NCBI RefSeq assembly: GCF_009914755.1
Contig: NC_060941.1
Reading direction: 5' to 3' (one strand)
Length of the DNA stretch: 64,000 bases
Source: the human T2T-CHM13v2.0 reference genome, Homo sapiens
Shown: positions 1 through 64,000 of the stretch, in pieces
Numbering within the stretch: the stretch's first letter is position 1
Layout: each line of letters begins with the position of its first letter
Made by a program: the position numbers and the translations under genes
The notes under the pieces: model-generated
Told to the model about the DNA's origin: nothing
The model's input: only the letters and a program-made list of their open reading frames with translations
The model's database searches: none

Positions 1-150
1 TGAGTCACCTCATTAGGATGAACTCTGTGGTTGAAAGGGACTCATTATTCATAATAAAAGACACTCCTATCATATAGGAAATTCCAAGGGATTCTGATGC
101 TCTGTGCCAGAAGCTGGGGACAAAGACCAGATGTATTCTATGTTATATCA
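1..150. mobile_element. MER21-like LTR end
   Basis: aaagacactcctatca..ggaaattccaaggg..gctctgtgccagaagctggggacaaagaccag. Confidence 0.5.
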
Positions 151-1218
151 TTCCCTCCTTTATATTATTTGAAATTTTAACATTTTATTTTTTACCAAAA
201 ACAAATTGAACACAGTAATTTTAGCATATGTTTATATTTTAACTGCCTCAGTAGCGACCTGTTATTCCCAGTTCTCCGGTTGCTGTTAAGAAAATCTTTG
301 AATGCTAGTTCCAGAATCTCCAGGAGGTGGGACCAGTTTCGTTAGTGGTGATGTCGAAAATAACAGCAGTACCACTGTGCTTGGGCCAGGTGAAATCAAA
401 TCAGATGATTCAGTCTGGTTGATGTGCTAGAGGCCCTTTTCCCATTCATGTAAAATTGGAAAATTTTGTTCACTATCCAAGTGTTTCCAAATATTTGGTT
501 ATTGTGTCAATGTAGATTCATACATATTAAGTATGTATCTTGGGTATAAATTTAAGTTATAATTTAATATAAATTGTGTGGCACAAAAGTAGTTCAAAGG
601 AGGAAGTGGAGGAAATAAGAGCTATAGGTAGAATTTGAACCATCCTTGAAAGATAATTATTAATAACATTTGGGAAAGTAGAGGGGAAAGCAGGAATGAT
701 GTTTAGATGAGGGAAACTGTGAGGTGGGCAGGATTTATCATGGCTTGTTTGCACTTAAACAATGCAGAATGGCCTTATTTGAGCAAATTGAGTGGGGGAT
801 AGTGGGAAATGAGATTAGGTAGGTGAGCTAGGGATAGATTATTTATGATATTCAAAGGCCAGTAGAATGATTTCATTTTGGTGTGGTAGATAATTGAGAG
901 TCAAAGAAAGCGTTTGATCAGGTGAGTCAGAAAATGAAAAGAGCATGTAAGAAAAATGGACCAGCATTTATATTGTTGGTAGATTAATGAGGAGAGAGAC
1001 TGGAGAAAGGGATAGGAAATTTGGGACTGGGAGATTTTTCAATAAAAGTACCATAATTAGGGAAATAGGGGAACAGTGAGGGAAGGAATGAATGTTAAAA
1101 ATTTCAAAGGAAAATTTGACAGATCTTGACTGCTAAATGCAGAAGAATGATGAATCGGAGATGGTACATTTTTAAAATTTTTCTTTTTATCCAGATATGT
1201 AAAAAGAATGTTAACCAA

Positions 1219-3318
<2,100 letters not shown>

Positions 3319-3568
3319 CTAGTTAAAAAATTTTTGTGTTTATTTTCCAAGATAACCACTTTAGTATAATATATTCATCCAGTGGTTTTTTCTATGCACA
3401 TACATATTTATCTTTAAAATGGGATCATATTGCACATGTTGACTTATACCTGCATAAATATCATTTTTAGAAGTAAAATGGAACTTGAACCTCCAAATAA
3501 TGACAAACCATAAAATAATAGGATAATAGAGGAATCTGTTAGTCTATACTCATATATAAATAAGTAAA

Positions 3569-5535
<1,967 letters not shown>

Positions 5536-5820
5536 GTTGGGTCGTATAATACCAGCAACTTGGGAGACCAAGACAGGAGGATTGCTTGAGGCCAGGAGTT
5601 TAAGATCATCTTGGGCAACATGGTGAGACCCTGTCCGTACAAAGAATTAAAAAATTCACTGGATGTGGTGGCGTGGCCTGTGATACTAGCTACTCAGGAG
5701 GCTAAGGCAGGAGGATTGCTTGAGCCCAGGAGTTTGAGGCTACAGTGAGCTATGATCATCCCACTATGCTCTAGCCTAGGTGACAGAGACCCCCATCTCT
5801 AAGGAAAAAAAGAAAAGGAA

Positions 5821-6001
5821 ACATTTGTTTACAGAATGGCTTATTGAATATTTTAAGGCTACTGTTGAGACCTACTCCTCAAAAAAAAAAAAGATTCCTT
5901 TCAAAATATTACTGCTCACTGACAATACACCTGGTCACCCAAGAGCTCAGATGGAGACGTACAAGGAGATTATTTTCGTGCCTGCTAACATGACATCCAG
6001 T
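5821..6001 (+). repeat. Inverted copy of 4857-5037 (Tigger1 segment)
   Basis: 181-bp reverse complement with one mismatch seen, including an identical 12-nt A/T run. Confidence 0.95.
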
Positions 6002-7491
6002 TATGTCATGCACACACACACACACTCACATACACATGCATGTATTTTTTCCTCCAGACAGAGTTTCACCATGTCACCCCGGCTGGAGTGCAATGGTAAG
6101 ATCATGGTGCTCTGTGTGGCCTCCAACTCCTGGGCTCAAGCAGTCCTCCTGCCTCAGCCTCGCAAGTAGCTGGGACTACAAGTGTGTGCCACCACACCTG
6201 GCTAATTTTTTAAAAACTGTTTTGTAGAGACAGGGTGTCATTATGTTACCTAGGCTGGTCTCAAACTCCTGGCCTCAAGTAGTCCTCCCACTTCAGCCTC
6301 ACAAAGTGCTGGAATTACAGGCATGAGCCACTGCACCAGACATATATATATACACACACACAAACACATATATGTAATATATAATATTTATATATATAAA
6401 TATATTTTTATATATTTTATATATACGCCTCATAAATTATTCTGATGCATGGCTTTAGAGGTCACCATTCCCTTTCGGTGTTGTTAACTTGTATTAGCAA
6501 TATTTTTTAAAGTATGGCACAAGAAAGAGAAAGCATTGGCTTGGCCATCAGGAGATGGGTTATTCTCTTAAATCTGCAACTAATCTTTTAGTAAGACTTA
6601 GAAAATGACTGTCTCTGGATCCCAGATTCTTTATCTGAAAATTTTCTGGGGAGCTGAATAAACTGACATTGTTAACTAGATTCTAGCAGTTCTGTGATGA
6701 TGGATTCACGGACATCATCAGAACTCAGTGAAATGTGACCTGTGGTCAGCCATTTGAAAAAGGCCTAAACCTTCTTACACAAGTCAATTGAAAAGGCCTG
6801 TAGAAATCAGAGCTCGAAGACACCTGTTAAATCATCTGATCTATCCCTCTACCAGCGGTACTCGGTTGTTCATAGCCCTCTCTAAGCTGTTTTCACTCTC
6901 CTTCCTGTGTTCCAGACATTCATTATTTTCCCAGAGACTGGACTTGTGTTCACCCTTTTAATCATTTAAGAAGGGAATGTGACTTTTCTTAACTCAAAAA
7001 ATTTCATTTATTTTATATTTAGACTTTAATTTTGGAAACTGTTGATAATGGCAGAGATTAGTAAGCATGTGGACTGTTTTCCTCTAGATTCACAAAAGGA
7101 TTTAGTTGATGAATGTCTAACAATAGTAATTATATGATCAGAAAGTGACGGGAATACAAGTCAAATTTCATAATAAAAGTTAAGATTTTAAAGTTTGTGT
7201 ATAAAAAAATTGCTAGAATAGAAAATGTAATAGGAGACTTTCTTTGCTTTTACCTTGTTACTAACCCTTTAAATATGATGCTCTATGGAAGAAAGAATGT
7301 AGAGATGCAGAGAAATGAGCATTCTGATATTCTGTTTATGAGGATGTAAATTGGTTTATTCGTTTTTGGAGATAATTTAACAACATCAGTTAAAAATAAA
7401 AAAGATCTTGTGCACTAACTTGAGTTCTACTTCTAGGAATTTATTCTGTAGAAATACTAATTGTTGCATTGTTTATAAAAGTGAAAACTTA

Positions 7492-7734
<243 letters not shown>

Positions 7735-8811
7735 TCACACCACTGCACTCCAGCTTGGGCAATCAGAGTGGGACCCTGAATCAAAAAAAAAAAGTTAAAA
7801 CTTGGAAACCATTCCAATGTTCCTTGTTAAGAGTTTATTTTAATAAATTATAATACATCATGCAGTGGATTCTAATACAACTATCAAAAATAATGCAGGA
7901 TGGCTGGGCGCGGTAGCTCACGCCTGTAATCCCAGCACTTTGGGAGGCCGAGGCAGGTAGATCACCTGAGGTCAGGGGTTCGAGACCAGCCTGGCCAACA
8001 TGGGGAAACCCTGTCTCTACTAAAAATACAAAAATTAGCTGGACGTGGTGACACATGCCTATAATCCCAGCTACTTTGGAGGCTAAGGCACGAGAATCGC
8101 ATGAACCCAGGTGGTGGGGATTGCAGTGAGCCAAGATTGCGCCACTGCACTCTAGCCTAGGCAACGGAGTGAGACTCCATCTCACAAAAAAAAAGAGATT
8201 TAAAAAAATATTAATATAAAATGGGTTTATTATTGCTGCTTTTAAAAATTGGTTAAAATACATGTAACAATTATTTTAACTGTAAGTATACAATTCAGCA
8301 GCATTAAATTTATTCATAATGTTGTGTAACCATCACCACTATCTGTACTTAAAACTTTTTTATTATCCTCAACAAAAACTATGTACCCATTAACCAGTAA
8401 CTTTTGTCTTCTCTTCTAGGAGTTTTTATGTACTGACATGAAATACTGCCCAAATGCATAATTAAGTGATAAAGGAAAATTGCAAAGTAGTGTGATAACT
8501 ATGATTCCATTGTGGTAAAATATTGCAAGTTAATATAAGTATAGGAAAAATCTGGGAGAATATTAAAATGTTAGTAGAGGATGTTAGGAGGGATTTGTAC
8601 TTTTACAGAATATATTTTGGCAAGTTTTTAAAAAAGAGTATGTGTGACTTTTCTAAACATAAAGATATACTTTTAAGTATTATACTAAAACTTAATAATT
8701 TGGATGCCTTAGATTTTAGCTAATGAGTAACAGACTGCCTTATGTGGTTGCCAAATTTGAGCTTATGTAGAACCTAACACTTTATTAAAGTAACGATTTT
8801 TCTTTTCACAG

Positions 8812-62503
<53,692 letters not shown>

Positions 62504-63500
62504 TATAAAAAGAAATACTGTCCCTACCAAAAACAAATACTTTTATGTACATTCTGAATGCTTTAAGTTCTGCTAGAATTATTGAGATATTTATACATGC
62601 AGAGTTACTTTATTAATATTTGTAATTCATGCATAAGAGTATTTTAATGATAGTTATAACTGCAGTATTGGCTAGCATATGGAAAGAAAACAGCTAACAG
62701 CCAAACTAAAATGGCTAAATTCCAGAGGCCAAAAGGGAATATTTTGTAAATATATGTACATATTCAGGCAAGATATGGTCTCCCAAGCTGAGTTCTAGAA
62801 ATGATGTTTCTAGACATTTCTAAGTGGTATTGTTAGTGCTCACTTGGCTCACTCTTCTAGGTTTAAGTTAGCCCAGAGATTGTATTTACTCATGGATCAC
62901 TTTATTTATTTCACATTTACTCAGAATGATCCTTTGGGTTCTATAAGGACATAAGGTACAATTTGCCATTGTCTCTCCATTTTTAAAAACATACAAGTCA
63001 GTGTCAGCTTACCAACATGACATTTTTTCAGTCAGTTGTGGTAGGCCAGCCTTGAAGCCATCGCACAGTCTAGAAACTTGTGTAGCTGAGTGTGCAGCTC
63101 ACCTTTAAGGGTGAAGTTAGGTAAAAGCAATTAGCAGAGGCGTTATCTATGTGATTATGTTGCTTCCTTGTCAGTATGTTGAATTTTATAGCCCTTTCAA
63201 TGAAATAAAAAAAAAATTTGTATATTACCAATGTTTTTAGTTTAAATAAAGAGTCACCCTTACTACTGTTGAATTTCATCCCAAGTGTAAATCATTCTAT
63301 AATGGCTGTGTCTGTTATAGTATATTACAGTAACTGCATGTGTCACCAAGTGTTCTATATCAGGCTAGGATAACCTAGAGGCAGTAATTTTTTAAATGAT
63401 AAAATAAATCTAATGAATATAAACTCTCATGATAAACCTATTTTTTCCATCATCAGCCTTTTCAAGTATTTAAATAAATAACTGCTGTGTACTGTGATCT
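62504..63500 (+). other. RHOT1: RHOT1 3' UTR (end approximate)
   Basis: AT-rich, Alu-free sequence from the stop codon to the AATAAA cluster. Confidence 0.8.
62745..62762 (+). promoter_or_regulatory. Two tandem Pumilio response elements (UGUANAUA)
   Basis: TGTAAATA 62745-62752 and TGTACATA 62755-62762 in the 3' UTR. Confidence 0.6.
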
Positions 63501-63520
63501 TGAGTTCTTTTGTCATCTAA
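63204..63520 (+). terminator. Polyadenylation signal cluster
   Basis: AATAAA at 63204, 63245, 63403 and 63473; the last is followed by GU/U-rich ctgtgtactgtgatcttgagttcttttgt. Confidence 0.7.
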
Positions 63521-63565
63521 AGTAAATATTTCTGTACAGATGTGAGTGAAGTCCTCTGGTTTCTA

Positions 63566-63937
<372 letters not shown>

Positions 63938-64000
63938 TTATATATGTAAGAGGAAATTTATTTAAAAGTTGTAGAGAAATCTATTCTGGTAAAAGGCCAA

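Overview
Primate (human-like) genomic DNA containing almost all of RHOT1 (Miro1, mitochondrial Rho GTPase 1) on the + strand. The window starts inside intron 1 (exon 1 is upstream). It holds coding exons 2-18, two in-frame cassette exons (96 and 123 nt), the terminal exon encoding the mitochondrial tail anchor (stop 62501-62503) and the 3' UTR. The constitutive exons give 1820 nt; with the 37 coding nt expected from exon 1 this is the canonical 618-aa protein (N-GTPase, two EF-hand regions, C-GTPase, TM). Introns are very Alu-rich and also carry an SVA, Tigger1, hAT elements, L1, L2, L3/CR1 and an AmnSINE1. Most notable: (1) a TATA box, Kozak ATG and phase-matched donor in the last intron that could form an alternative first exon for a 76-aa tail-anchored micro-Miro peptide; (2) a 3.2-kb AluY-MLT-Alu-SVA composite bracketed by its own poly(A) tail and TSD; (3) an 8-kb Alu-free region around the cassette exons with an ancient AmnSINE1, splicing-factor motifs and intronic poly(A) signals; (4) two locally templated duplications, one inverted and one direct. 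Repeat family names come from recalled consensus sequences, not a database search, and repeat boundaries are approximate.
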